The notes: generated from the sequence alone by a model not told the origin. A DNA stretch of 64,000 nt from Candidatus Latescibacterota bacterium (GCA_965206595.1 OZ242214.1:1664001-1728000), one strand, 5' to 3'. Positions 10,813-20,770 are shown, counted from the first letter of the stretch. Translations and numbers: made by a program.

Positions 10813-11667
10813 CTCCCCTGCGGATTCTCTTCATCGCCGCGTACGGGGCGATCTCCCTGATGCCGCTCGCCTGGCTCGGGCTGACCTCGTTCAAGTCCAA
10901 GGCGGACAGCATCAGCACGACGGCGAAGTTCCTGCCCGCGGCGGACGGGAACCCCCGAAGGCATTCGCTTCAGGCCCACCCTCGACGGCTACCGCCGCCT
11001 CGGCGAGCGCTACGCCGGGGCGCGGCACGACTACTTCCACTACCTGCTCAACACCGTCCTCATAGGGCTGGCTAGCACGGCCGCGGCCGTCGCCCTGGGC
11101 ACGACCTGCGCCTACGGATTCAGCCGCTTCCGCATCGCCGGGTCCCGGGACTGGCTGTTCTTCATCCTCTCGACCCGCTTCCTGCCGCCGCTCGCCGTGG
11201 TGATCCCGGTGCTGATGATGTACCGGCAGTTCGACCTGCAGAACACCCACGCCGGGCTGATCCTCCTCTACACCGCCTTCAACCTGTCGCTGGCGGTCTG
11301 GCTGATGAAGGGGTTCGTCGACGAGGTGCCTGCCGCATTCGAGGAGGCCGCCCTCGTCGACGGGTACTCGCGCCTGCACGCCTTCCGGCTCATCGTCGTG
11401 CCGCGGGTGCTGCCCGGGATGGCGGTGACCGCGGTGTTCTGCATGATCTCCGCCTGGAACGAGTACGGCTTCGCGATGACCTTGAACAACCAGGAGGCGG
11501 TGACCGTGCCGGTCTACTTCGCCGGGCTGCAGGGGAACGTGCAGGGCCTGCCGTGGTCGCAGATCGGCGCCGGGGTGCTGCTGTTCGTGCTGCCCATCGT
11601 CCTCTTCACCGTGCTCGTGCGCCGCCACCTGCTCAGGGGGGTGACCCTGGGGACGATCAAACGATGA
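10809..11667 (+). CDS. Carbohydrate ABC transporter permease (MalG-like), frameshifted at a C5 run (10952-10956)
   Basis: N-terminal PLAWLGLTSFK in one frame; PTLDGY...AYGFSRF...EEAALVDG...AWNEY in the next frame. Confidence 0.85.
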
Positions 11668-11864
11668 TCCGCGGCCTCGACCTCCTGGCGCGGGCCGGCC
11701 TGGCCGCGGGAATCTCGATGATGTTGCAGCCCTGGTGGGCGGGGGGCTTCCGCTGGGGCTTCTTCGTCACCGCCGCCTTCACCCTTCTCCACATCGCGAC
11801 CAGCCGTCTGCAGACCGGGAGCCGGGACCGGGAGAGCCCGCCCCTGTCCGGGAGCGAAGGATGA
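11664..11864 (+). CDS. Small (66 aa) two-TM membrane protein within ABC operon
   Basis: ATGA overlaps with both neighbours; hydrophobic, LQPWW motif. Confidence 0.65.
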   Translation: MIRGLDLLARAGLAAGISMMLQPWWAGGFRWGFFVTAAFTLLHIATSRLQTGSRDRESPPLSGSEG

Positions 11865-12937
11865 GTTTTCTCGAGATCGAGGGGCTGACCAAGACCTTCC
11901 CCGGCGGCGTCGAGGCGGTTGCCGGCATCGACCTCGTCTGCGAGGAGGGGGAGTTCGTCGTCCTGCTGGGACCTTCCGGCTGCGGCAAGACCACCACCCT
12001 GCGCATGCTCGCCGGCCTCGAGACCCCGACCAGCGGGCAGATACGGATCGCAGGGGAACCTGTGGAGGGCCTCCCCCCCGCCCGGCGCGACGTCGGCTTC
12101 GTCTTCCAGTTCTACGCCCTGTACCCGCACATGACCGTGGCCGAGAACGTCGGTTTCCCCCTGGAATGCGACGGCGTCGGCCGCGGCGAGCGCCGGGAAC
12201 GGATCGCGGCCCTGCTTGCGCAGATGCAGCTGTCCCACCTCGCCCGGCGCCGCCCCGGCCAGCTCGGCGGCGGCGATCAGCAGCGCGTCGCCCTCGCTAG
12301 GGCCCTGGTGAGGCGGCCGCGGCTCTGGCTGATGGACGAGCCCCTGGGCACCCTCGACGCCGGTATGAGGGCGGAAATGCGCGAGCTGATCCGGGAGCGG
12401 CAGGGCGCCTCCGGGATCACCACGGTGTACGTGACCCACGACCAGGAGGAGGCGATGAGCCTGGCGGATCGCGTGGTGGTGATGGACCGGGGGGAGGTCT
12501 GCCAGGCGGGGGGGCCCGCCGAGGTGTACGACGACCCGGAGAATCTGTTCGTCGCCCGCTTCATCGGCAGCCCGGGGATGAATTTCGCGGAAGGAGAGAT
12601 TGGCGGGGAACCACCTGTGTTCACCGGCTCCCTCGACCGCGAGGGAAGCGGCCGCCTCCCGGTGGAAGGAGGCAGGCCCGGTCCCGTCACCCTGGGGATC
12701 CGCCCCGAGTTCCTGCGCCCCGATCCTTCCGGCCCGCTGCCGGCCACCGTGGTCGTCGACGAGCTGCTCGGCCGCCACCGCAACCTCCACCTCGACACCC
12801 CGCTCGGCAGGGTGATCATGCGCCTGGGCGGGGAATCGGCGGAAACGCCGGAGTACCGCCCGGGGGAGCGCCTAAGCGTCACCTTCGACCAGGCGCACCT
12901 GCGCTTCTTCGATTGCGACACCGGCCGCAGGATCTGA
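11861..12937 (+). CDS. ABC transporter ATP-binding protein (MalK-like)
   Basis: Walker A GPSGCGKT, variant signature LGGGDQQR, Walker B LMDEP, VTHD, C-terminal TOBE-like region. Confidence 0.92.
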   Translation: MSFLEIEGLTKTFPGGVEAVAGIDLVCEEGEFVVLLGPSGCGKTTTLRMLAGLETPTSGQIRIAGEPVEGLPPARRDVGFVFQFYALYPHMTVAENVGFPLECDGVGRGERRERIAALLAQMQLSHLARRRPGQLGGGDQQRVALARALVRRPRLWLMDEPLGTLDAGMRAEMRELIRERQGASGITTVYVTHDQEEAMSLADRVVVMDRGEVCQAGGPAEVYDDPENLFVARFIGSPGMNFAEGEIGGEPPVFTGSLDREGSGRLPVEGGRPGPVTLGIRPEFLRPDPSGPLPATVVVDELLGRHRNLHLDTPLGRVIMRLGGESAETPEYRPGERLSVTFDQAHLRFFDCDTGRRI

Positions 12938-12939
12938 CC

Positions 12940-13998
12940 GTGGCAGTGCTGCAGATCGACAACCTCCACAAGCGCTTCGGCGACGTCGCCGCCCTGCGGG
13001 GAGTCGACCTGGCGGTCGGCGCAGACGAGACCGGGGTGGTCCTCGGGCCGACGGGAGCGGGAAAGACCACCCTGCTGCGCACCGTAGCCGGGCTGGAGAC
13101 CCCGGACGCCGGCTCGATTCTCCTGGGCGGGGAGGAGATCGACGGATGGTCCCCGGCGGCCCGGGACGTCGCCCTGGTTTTCCAGAACTTCTCACTCTAC
13201 CCCGGCTGGACGGTGCGCCGCAACCTGGAGTTTCCCCTGCGCGCTCCGGGGCGGCGGGAGACGCGGGGCGAGATCGACGAGCGCCTGCGCTGGGCTGCGG
13301 GGATGCTGCGGATAGGGCACCTGCTCGACCGGAACGCCGAACAGCTGTCGGGCGGGGAGATGCAGCGGGTGGCGATCGGCCGGGCGATCGTGCGCCGACC
13401 CCGCCTGTTCCTGATGGACGAGCCCCTGACCAATCTCGACGCCAAGCTGCGGGAGGAGCTGCGCGTCGAGCTCGTGCTCCTGCGGCGCGAGATCGGCCTG
13501 CCGATGGTGTACGTCACCCACGACTGGAGCGAGGCCCTGGCGATTGGGGACCGGCTCTTCGTCCTAGCGGATGGAGTGGTGCTGCAGCAGGGCACTCCCC
13601 GGGAGGTGTACGTGCGTCCCGCCTCACCGACGGTGGCCCGGCAGCTCGGGCTTGCCGGGACCAACATCTTTCCCGTGACCGTCGCCGAAGGCAGGGTGTG
13701 GCGGAACGGTTCCGGGGATGCCCCGGGGCTCGAGATCGGCCAGGTCGATCCGGCGTCACCACCTGTCTCGACCGAGGCGGTTATGGGTATCCGACCCGAA
13801 GACGTCGACCCGGCTGGTGGAAAACAGCCCGCGCGCGTGCTGGTCGTCGAAGAGGCGGGACCTCGGGTGACGGTGCTGGCCGAATGGGGGGGAGAGCCGA
13901 TCCACCTCGCTCTAGAACGCGCCGCGGACCGTCCGTCTCCGGGGGACACCATCTACCCGCGGCCGCGCATGGACCGCGCCATCTGGTGGCCGCGGTGA
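12940..13998 (+). CDS. Second ABC transporter ATP-binding protein (MalK-like)
   Basis: GPTGAGKT, LSGGEMQR, LMDEP, VTHD. Confidence 0.92.
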   Translation: MAVLQIDNLHKRFGDVAALRGVDLAVGADETGVVLGPTGAGKTTLLRTVAGLETPDAGSILLGGEEIDGWSPAARDVALVFQNFSLYPGWTVRRNLEFPLRAPGRRETRGEIDERLRWAAGMLRIGHLLDRNAEQLSGGEMQRVAIGRAIVRRPRLFLMDEPLTNLDAKLREELRVELVLLRREIGLPMVYVTHDWSEALAIGDRLFVLADGVVLQQGTPREVYVRPASPTVARQLGLAGTNIFPVTVAEGRVWRNGSGDAPGLEIGQVDPASPPVSTEAVMGIRPEDVDPAGGKQPARVLVVEEAGPRVTVLAEWGGEPIHLALERAADRPSPGDTIYPRPRMDRAIWWPR

Positions 13999-14099
13999 GT
14001 CGGGTGGTGGTTCACCGCCCCCACCCCGAGCCGGAGACAGGCAGGGCGACGGTACGCGACATAGCCGCCTTCCTCGAAGCTACGGGAGTCAAGCCATGA
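13995..14099 (+). pseudogene. hicA: HicA-like toxin remnant (C-terminal ~34 aa only)
   Basis: VVHRPHPEPETGRATVRDIAAFLEATGVKP matches the HRPHP...FL..AGVKP tail of HicA toxins; overlaps the hicB start; N-terminal half absent. Confidence 0.7.
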
Positions 14100-14443
14100 T
14101 GGAATACAAGGGATACACCGCCAAGATAGAATTCGACGATTCCGTGGGCCGACTTCACGGGCGGGTCGTCAACAGCGGCCCCTATCCGATTGCCACCTTT
14201 GAAGCCACCGACGTCGAGGGGATCAGGCGGGAGTTCCACCGTTCCATAGACGAATACCTCGCTTCCTGCGAGGAAGATGGAATCCAGCCCCGAAAGCCAT
14301 TCTCAGGCAAGCTCAACCTTCGGCTGGGCCCTGACCTGCATCAGCGCGTGGCACAGTTTGCGGCCGAGAGCGGATTGAGCATGAACAGCTGGATTCTGCA
14401 GGCGCTCGAAAAAAGCGTGTCCCCCGAGGTCGAAGCTCGTTGA
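14096..14443 (+). CDS. hicB: HicB family antitoxin
   Basis: MEYKGYTAKIEFD...F..SIDEYL..C...GIQPRKPFSGKLNLR...LH, C-terminal ribbon-helix-helix. Confidence 0.9.
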   Translation: MMEYKGYTAKIEFDDSVGRLHGRVVNSGPYPIATFEATDVEGIRREFHRSIDEYLASCEEDGIQPRKPFSGKLNLRLGPDLHQRVAQFAAESGLSMNSWILQALEKSVSPEVEAR

Positions 14444-14563
14444 TGCGATTCTGGTTGCAATTGAGGGCAGGTAGAGCAACTAGGGGAAATCGAGTCTCCT
14501 ATGGCGCAGACAGACAATCCGCCCTTCAGGTTGATCCGTTCGCTCCGTAAGGGAGAAATTAAC

Positions 14564-16643
14564 ATGGATAACTTCGCGATGTTCGCGATGGGGGCAGTAG
14601 CCCTTGGCATCGCGGCATTCTCGTTGATTTCCCGCGCCAAGAGGGTGAGGAACCTTGCTCACCTACGCGCCCGAGCGGAGGCTGGGGATACCTCAGCTCA
14701 GCCTCGGGCGCATGTACTCAACGGGTAACGGTGTGCCCCTGGATTCTGTTGAAGCGGTTCGGCGGTATCGCCAGGCAGCGGAGCAGGGGAATGCTTCAGC
14801 ACAGTTCATCCTCGGGGGCATGTACGCCGAGGGTAGCGGTGTGTCACAGGATGATGACGAAGCGTTTCGGTGGTTTCGCCAGGCAGCCGATCAAGGCGAT
14901 GCCGGAGCCCAGTACAAACTTGCGGACATGTACTCCTTGGGTATTGGAGTGTCTCAGGATGATGTCGAAGCAGCTCGGGGGTTCCGCCAGGCAGCAGTGC
15001 AGGGGAAGGACTCCGCACAGTACTGTCTCGGGCTCATGTACGAGGCCGGGAAGGGTGTGCCTCAAGATGATGTGGAAGCCTTTCGGTGGTTCTCCCAGGC
15101 AGCTGATCAAGGCAACATCTATGCATTAGGCCGTCTTGATTTGCCCCGGTATTTAGCCGTATCCGAGCGGTGCGACGCTTTAGCCGCGGCGGAGCAGGGC
15201 GATGTCGAAGCGCAGGTCAAACTCGGATTCATGTGCGCCAAGGGTAGGGGTGGAGCGCAGGGTGCTGCCGAAGCCGCCCGGTGGTTCCACCAAGCAGCTG
15301 AGCAGGGAAACGTGGAAGCCCAGGTCCAACTGGGATTCATATGCTATGGGAAGGATGATTTTGAAGCGGTTCGATGGTTCCGCCAAGCAGCCGAGAAGGG
15401 CCGCCTCGAAGCGCAAGTCCAACTCGGGCATATGTTCGAATCGGGCCAAGGTGTGTCTCAGGATGCTGCCGAAGCGGCTCGGTGGTACCGAATGGCAGGC
15501 GAGCAAGGCAACGTTTCGGCCCAGCGCAGTCTCGGGAGCATGTACAAATCGGGCCGAGGTGTTTCTCAGGATGTTGCCGAAGCGATCCGGTGGTACCGAA
15601 TGGCAGCCGATCAGGGGGACGCCCTCGCGGAGCTTGAGATAAGATGCGCAGAGCATATGACCAAGTTGAAAAGGGTATCGCAAAGGTTGAAAAAGGAAAT
15701 TTTCAAGGCCAAGGACGAAAAGGTTAGGTTGTTCAACGAAATGGCTTTCCATGACGCAGTGCGGGACGCCGAGCAGGTGACCAAGGAGGCTTTCACCGAG
15801 GATCCCAGTGTGCCACAGGATGATACCGAAGTTTTTCGGAGGTTGCGGCAAGCAGCCGAGAATGGCAACCCCATAGGGCAGGTCAAACTCGGATTGATGT
15901 ATTCCTTAGGCAGGGGAGTGACCCAGAACGATGTCGAAGCGGTTCAGTGGTATCGGCTGGCAGCCGATCAGGGCAACCTCTCTGCCCAGGGCATTCTCGG
16001 GTCCCTGTACGCTGGGGGCCGGGGAGTGCAACAGGATGATGTCGAAGCAGTTCGATGGTATCGCAAGGCGGCGGATCAAGGCTGCACCTCAGCGCAGTAC
16101 AATCTCGGGCGAATGTATTCCGACGGTCGCGGTGTTTCTCAGGATGATTCCGAAGCCGTTCGGTGGTACCGCAAGGCGGCCGAGCAGGGGAATGCCCAGG
16201 CGCAGGCCAGGCTCGGGTTCAGTTACGCCCGGGGTCTCGGGGTGTCCAAGGATGATGCCAAAGCGGTTCGGTGGTTTCGCCAGGCTGGAAATCAGGCTCC
16301 CTCCGATTTTCAGGTCAGTCTCGGGGGCATGTACGCGGGGGGTCACGGTGTGTCTCAGGATGATGCCGAAGCGGTTCGGTGGTACCGCCTGGCAACCGAC
16401 CAGAGCGACGCCTCAGGACAGTACAATCTCGGGATGATGTACGACGAGGGTCGCGGTGTGCCGCAGGATTTCGTCGCTGCACACATGTGGTTCAACTTGG
16501 CTACTGCCCGAGCAACTGGAGAGGATCGCGAGCGGGCGAAAAAGGCCCGTGATGCAGTCGCGGAAAAAATGACCACGAAGGCGCTCGTCGAGGCACACCG
16601 CTTGGCGCGTGAATGGGAAACGGACCACCCGATGTCGCAGTAG
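14564..16643 (+). CDS. Sel1-repeat protein (~14 repeats) with N-terminal TM anchor; frameshift at ~14692-14701
   Basis: 36-aa AQxxLGxMYxxGxGVxQDxxEAxRWYRxAAxQG repeats; RBS and ATG at 14564 encode the TM segment and AEAGDTSAQ in another frame. Confidence 0.85.
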
Positions 16644-17508
16644 CATCCGAAGTGCCGCGGATCAACAATATACTCCCATCACTGGTCGAAATTCCTTTAA
16701 CATTTAACCTTCCCAAATTTCTGAAGAATGTAATTCCAGACTTCAGGGAGATCAGATGGATCAAGAGGTCATTGTGAAGGAGGTCGAAATCAAAAGTTGG
16801 GAAGGGTTTCTGTCTAAGGTCTCTCAACTGGATTCCCTTCCCGAGGAGTTCGTGTATAGAGGACAAAAGGACAGTTCGTGGAGCCTACAGCCCAGCCTTG
16901 CCAGAATATGGGACTGCTTTTCCAATGCAAGGGAAAACGAGGTGCGAATCAGTGATGTGTTTTTGAGGAGATCGACCACGTTACTTAGCCCGAATATCTT
17001 TGGAGAACTCATTCGGCATAACAACATTCTCCAATGGTGGGCGCAAATGAGGCATCACGGGGCGCCCACGCGAATACTGGACTGGACCAGATCTCCCTTT
17101 GTAGCGGCTTACTTTGCCTGCGAATCCGGATGTAAATCAGGCGCTGTGTGGTGTTTGAATCGGACAAAATTTCACAACCTCAGCATGTCAGAGACAAACA
17201 AAATCCAGGAATCCTACAGCGCTTTCGTAACATACCTTGGATCAATACCTGACATTGAAGACCGGAAAACAATGGAGCGGATGTTGTACGGAGAAGATCA
17301 ACCGCACTTGGTTGCGTTCGCGGATACGAACCTCTTGACGGACCGCATGGAAAGACAACAAGGGTTGTTTTCCTACAGCAACCTTCCCCACATAGATCAC
17401 GCAGATGGGTTAGGAAATTACCCTGGGGTTCTCACCAAGCTCGTTATCTCCGACGGCATTCGTTTTGACCTCAAAAGAGAGTTCATGCATCAATTGCGGT
17501 TGATGAAC

Positions 17509-19368
17509 CCCTTGTTATTCATGGAATTTTAGTGGAGAGGGCTGTACTGGGTGCCTCCCATGCTTAGATTTCAGAGGGAAACACAAGGCAGTATCGCCCT
17601 TTGAACCCATCACACAGTAGGACACCCAATGGGTGAATTACCGTCACACACCGAGTCCGAGCAAGCCGGGCCGATTCAGCCGTCTTTCAACCGCTCCATC
17701 CACATCGAAGCCCGCCCCACCCACCTTGGCAGCGACACCGGTGCGCTGATGTTGCGTCAACTGCTCGAACACAGCCGGGTTCTGGATTGGGTCGACGCCC
17801 ACTTCGAGGATCTCCGTACCCAAGACCAGATCACGCACCCGCTGCCGGAGCTGCTGCGCACACAGATCGTGCTGCTGGCACAGGGCTGGACCCACGCCGC
17901 CGACGCCGACGCGTTGCGCCAAGATCCGATCCTGCGTCTGGCGGTCAGCGATCGCAAAGGGCAGGCGCCGTTGCGCAGCGGCGACGAAGACCGGCCGCAG
18001 GGACTGGCCAGTCAGCCGACGCTGTCGCGCCTGCTCGAGCAAGCCTCGACTGCCTATAACCGCGAGGTGTTGGAGGAAGCCGTCCTGCGCAGCGCCCGGT
18101 CTCGTTGCCGGCTGCTGGAAGGACGGATGAAATACGAGGAGTTGGCCGTCGACATGGATGCCCTGCCGATGCCGGCGCACGGGCACCAGGCGGGGGTCGA
18201 ATACAACGGCTACTTCCACGCCTCGGGGTACCATCCCCTGCTCCTCGGCTCGGCGCAGACGGGCGATTTCTTCGGTGCCGTGCTGCGGCCGGGCAACGTG
18301 CACGCCCATGAGGGTGCCTCAGAGGCTCTCGGCAAGCGCTTGGACTGGATTCAGTCGCATCTGGCCCGGCGCCTCATCCTGCGCTTCGACGCGGCCTCGG
18401 TGAGCGGGTCTTTCCTGAGTGAGCTGGAAGCGCGGGCCGACACCTCGTACGTGGCGCGCATCAAGAAGAATGCGCGCCTGGAGGAGCTGGCTCGTGCCTG
18501 GGTGGAAGGCTATCAGCAGGAGCTGGCGCAGCACCCGGAAGAGCTGCGGGAAGAGGGTTTTCGCTGTCGCGAGCTGCGCTATCAAGCCAGGTCCTGGGCG
18601 CAGCCCCGGCGGGTGGTGTTGGTCCTGGTCCCTTCCGAGACGGAAGAGCTGCCCATCGCCCGCCACTTCTTCCTGATCACCGACCAGAGTCCCCAGACGA
18701 TGAGCGGCCGCGACCTGGTCGCCTTTTATCGTCAGCGCGGCCTTTTCGAGCGCATGCTCGGCGAGTTGAGCTCCACCCTCCAGCCTCAGCTCTCCTCTAC
18801 CACCCGTCGCAAGCAACACTACCGGGGTCGAGAGCCGCGTCAGCGCACCCCGTCCCGGGATGCCTTCGCTGCCAACCAGGCGCTTCTGACCTTGAACCTG
18901 CTGGCCTACAACCTGCTTCACCTGGGCCGCCAGGCCGCCGAACGCGCCGAGGCCCGACGCGGGCGGCCCCGCACATACGGACGCTCGACGACGGCCCTGA
19001 GCCTGGACAGTTTTCGACGGCGCTACCTGCGCCTGCCGTCCCGCGTCACCTTGCATGGGCGCAGGGTGGGCGTCATCCTGACCCAAGGGACGGCGGCTGC
19101 CTGGGATCGTCTGTGGAGATTTCTGGCCACGCTCAAACCGGTGGACGCGGCGATGGCGTAAGCGCAGGCCGGGTCGGTCGGGATGATGGGCTCGCAAAGG
19201 CAAGCGTCTTCGAGAAGGCGCGTACAATTTCAACAAGGTCGGTAGAGATAAGGAGACGGCTCTACCCAAAAAGCCGACTATAGAAGGAACGCAAGCCTCT
19301 GAGGCTAAGCAAAGGGGTCTCGGAAGCGCCTATGTCCGCTTATGCGCGGGTTGAATGAATAACAAAGG
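17509..19368 (+). mobile_element. IS1380-family insertion sequence (1860 bp)
   Basis: Terminal inverted repeats CCCTTGTTATTCAT / ATGAATAACAAAGG (13/14 match); 5-bp direct repeat TGAAC at 17504-17508 and 19369-19373. Confidence 0.92.
17629..19161 (+). CDS. IS1380-family DDE transposase
   Basis: SDTGALML, LASQPTLSR, DMD, HGHQ-G-YNGYF, LRPGNVH, RFDA, FYRQRG-FE, AN...LLAYNL motifs. Confidence 0.92.
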   Translation: MGELPSHTESEQAGPIQPSFNRSIHIEARPTHLGSDTGALMLRQLLEHSRVLDWVDAHFEDLRTQDQITHPLPELLRTQIVLLAQGWTHAADADALRQDPILRLAVSDRKGQAPLRSGDEDRPQGLASQPTLSRLLEQASTAYNREVLEEAVLRSARSRCRLLEGRMKYEELAVDMDALPMPAHGHQAGVEYNGYFHASGYHPLLLGSAQTGDFFGAVLRPGNVHAHEGASEALGKRLDWIQSHLARRLILRFDAASVSGSFLSELEARADTSYVARIKKNARLEELARAWVEGYQQELAQHPEELREEGFRCRELRYQARSWAQPRRVVLVLVPSETEELPIARHFFLITDQSPQTMSGRDLVAFYRQRGLFERMLGELSSTLQPQLSSTTRRKQHYRGREPRQRTPSRDAFAANQALLTLNLLAYNLLHLGRQAAERAEARRGRPRTYGRSTTALSLDSFRRRYLRLPSRVTLHGRRVGVILTQGTAAAWDRLWRFLATLKPVDAAMA

Positions 19369-19487
19369 TGAACATAAACGGTTTCAGTCTGTTCCCCGAT
19401 CTCGATGGGATCGGCAGGTATTGCATCGAATTGGCCCGTCACAACGTGGAAGCGGTATGGTAATTAAACCATAGGAAGGCAGTTTGA

Positions 19488-20705
19488 ATGATCAATAGAC
19501 TTGCCCATGCGTTGCTCCTGCTGGCGCTGGCCTGCGGAGAGGAGGACAAGGGTACGGGGCCTGTCCCGGAACCTGGTCCGGATCCCGTCTCCGAACCGGA
19601 TCCCGAAGCTGCGCTTTTCGCTGCGGAGGTAGCGGCTGTTCGTGAAGGGTGTGAAGACGGCTGCATTCTTGCCGTCGCGTCCAACGAATCGGACGACTAC
19701 GGGGCCTGCTACGTGTCTTGTGTGTGGGAAAGTGAGAAGGAGTTGTGGAAGGTCAGGATGTTGGAGGTCCTGGCCGAGTTCCACGATCAGGGGATCGAGG
19801 TTGGGTTTCCCGTTTCCGACCTTCCAGACAAGTATTTCCTCGAGATCATCGGCTCAGGGGACACACCTCGCACCTGGGTTTCAAGGCTTGCCTTGACGTT
19901 TGCGGCCATGGCGGGTGATGGGGAAACAGTGCGCTTTTTGTTGGAACAAGGGGCCGATTTGCCGGGCGATACGGAGGTTTTCTTTCTGCCAGGTGGGGCG
20001 GCAATGGAGTTTGTCCGGATCGAGGGGGGGACGTTCTTCATGGGATCGCCGTCTTCGGAGGAGGGCCGGTGGGATCATGAAGGTCCGCTGCATGAGGTGG
20101 AGATCAGCACGGGGTTCTGGTTGGGCAGGTACGAGGTGACGCAGGGGCAGTGGGAGGCGGAAATGGGGTCGCGGCCGTGGTCTGGAGGAAACAATGTGGT
20201 TGAGGACCCCTTCCATCCGGCGGTGTATGTTTCCTGGGAAGACGTGCAGGCATTCATTGAGAAGTTGAACAGTGCCGCGGGTGAAGCACTGTATCGTCTG
20301 CCGAGTGAGGCGGAGTGGGAGTATGCGTGTCGGGCGGGTACCAGGTCTCCGTGGGCGTTCGGGGATGACGAGAGTCGGCTTGTCGATTATGCGTGGTATT
20401 ATGCCAATACGTTCGATGTGGGTGAGGAGTATGCTCATGCGGTGGGTCTGAAGGTTGCGAATCCATGGGGGTTGCACGATATGCACGGGAATGTCTGGGA
20501 GTGGGTGCATGACTGGTATGACGGGGGCTATTATCGAGATTCCCCTCGAGTAGACCCTCGGGGGCCTGAAACCGGCTCATCTCGCGTTATCCGGGGCGGC
20601 CGTTTCGACGATTTCGCCCGGTTTGTGCGGTCGGCGAGTCGCCACAACGTCTCGCCGGGGCTTCGTGGCGAAGGCTTGGGCCTGCGTCTTTTACGGGATC
20701 CTTGA
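19488..20705 (+). CDS. Lipoprotein with ankyrin-like motif and C-terminal FGE-sulfatase (CLec-fold) domain
   Basis: Lipobox LALAC; AAMAGDGETVRFLLEQGAD; F-MGS, YEVTQGQW, RLPSEAEWEYACRAG, NPWGLHDMHGNVWEW, RVIRGG; FGE catalytic cysteines absent. Confidence 0.88.
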   Translation: MINRLAHALLLLALACGEEDKGTGPVPEPGPDPVSEPDPEAALFAAEVAAVREGCEDGCILAVASNESDDYGACYVSCVWESEKELWKVRMLEVLAEFHDQGIEVGFPVSDLPDKYFLEIIGSGDTPRTWVSRLALTFAAMAGDGETVRFLLEQGADLPGDTEVFFLPGGAAMEFVRIEGGTFFMGSPSSEEGRWDHEGPLHEVEISTGFWLGRYEVTQGQWEAEMGSRPWSGGNNVVEDPFHPAVYVSWEDVQAFIEKLNSAAGEALYRLPSEAEWEYACRAGTRSPWAFGDDESRLVDYAWYYANTFDVGEEYAHAVGLKVANPWGLHDMHGNVWEWVHDWYDGGYYRDSPRVDPRGPETGSSRVIRGGRFDDFARFVRSASRHNVSPGLRGEGLGLRLLRDP

Positions 20706-20770
20706 CCGATGTGCTCTTTTCCCCTTGACCGGGGAGCACTTCGGGATGCGCGGCCTCAATCGAGTCTGGC

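Larger units (their letters stand above)
16756..19463 (+). pseudogene. FRG-domain protein interrupted by IS1380 (parts 16756-17508 and 19374-19463)
   Basis: YRGQ, LQPSLAR, MRHHGAPTRILDWT-SPFVAAYFA, RMERQQGLF; the tail MN-INGFSLFPDLDGIGR resumes in frame after the IS; visibly AT-rich. Confidence 0.88.

Noticed and set aside
14700-16500. Regularly spaced DNA repeats as a possible CRISPR array
   Set aside because: 108-bp in-frame degenerate units encode Sel1 repeats; no unique spacers or cas genes
19488-20705. Complete DGR cassette or catalytic formylglycine-generating enzyme
   Set aside because: No reverse transcriptase, avd or template repeat in the window; FGE catalytic cysteines are absent
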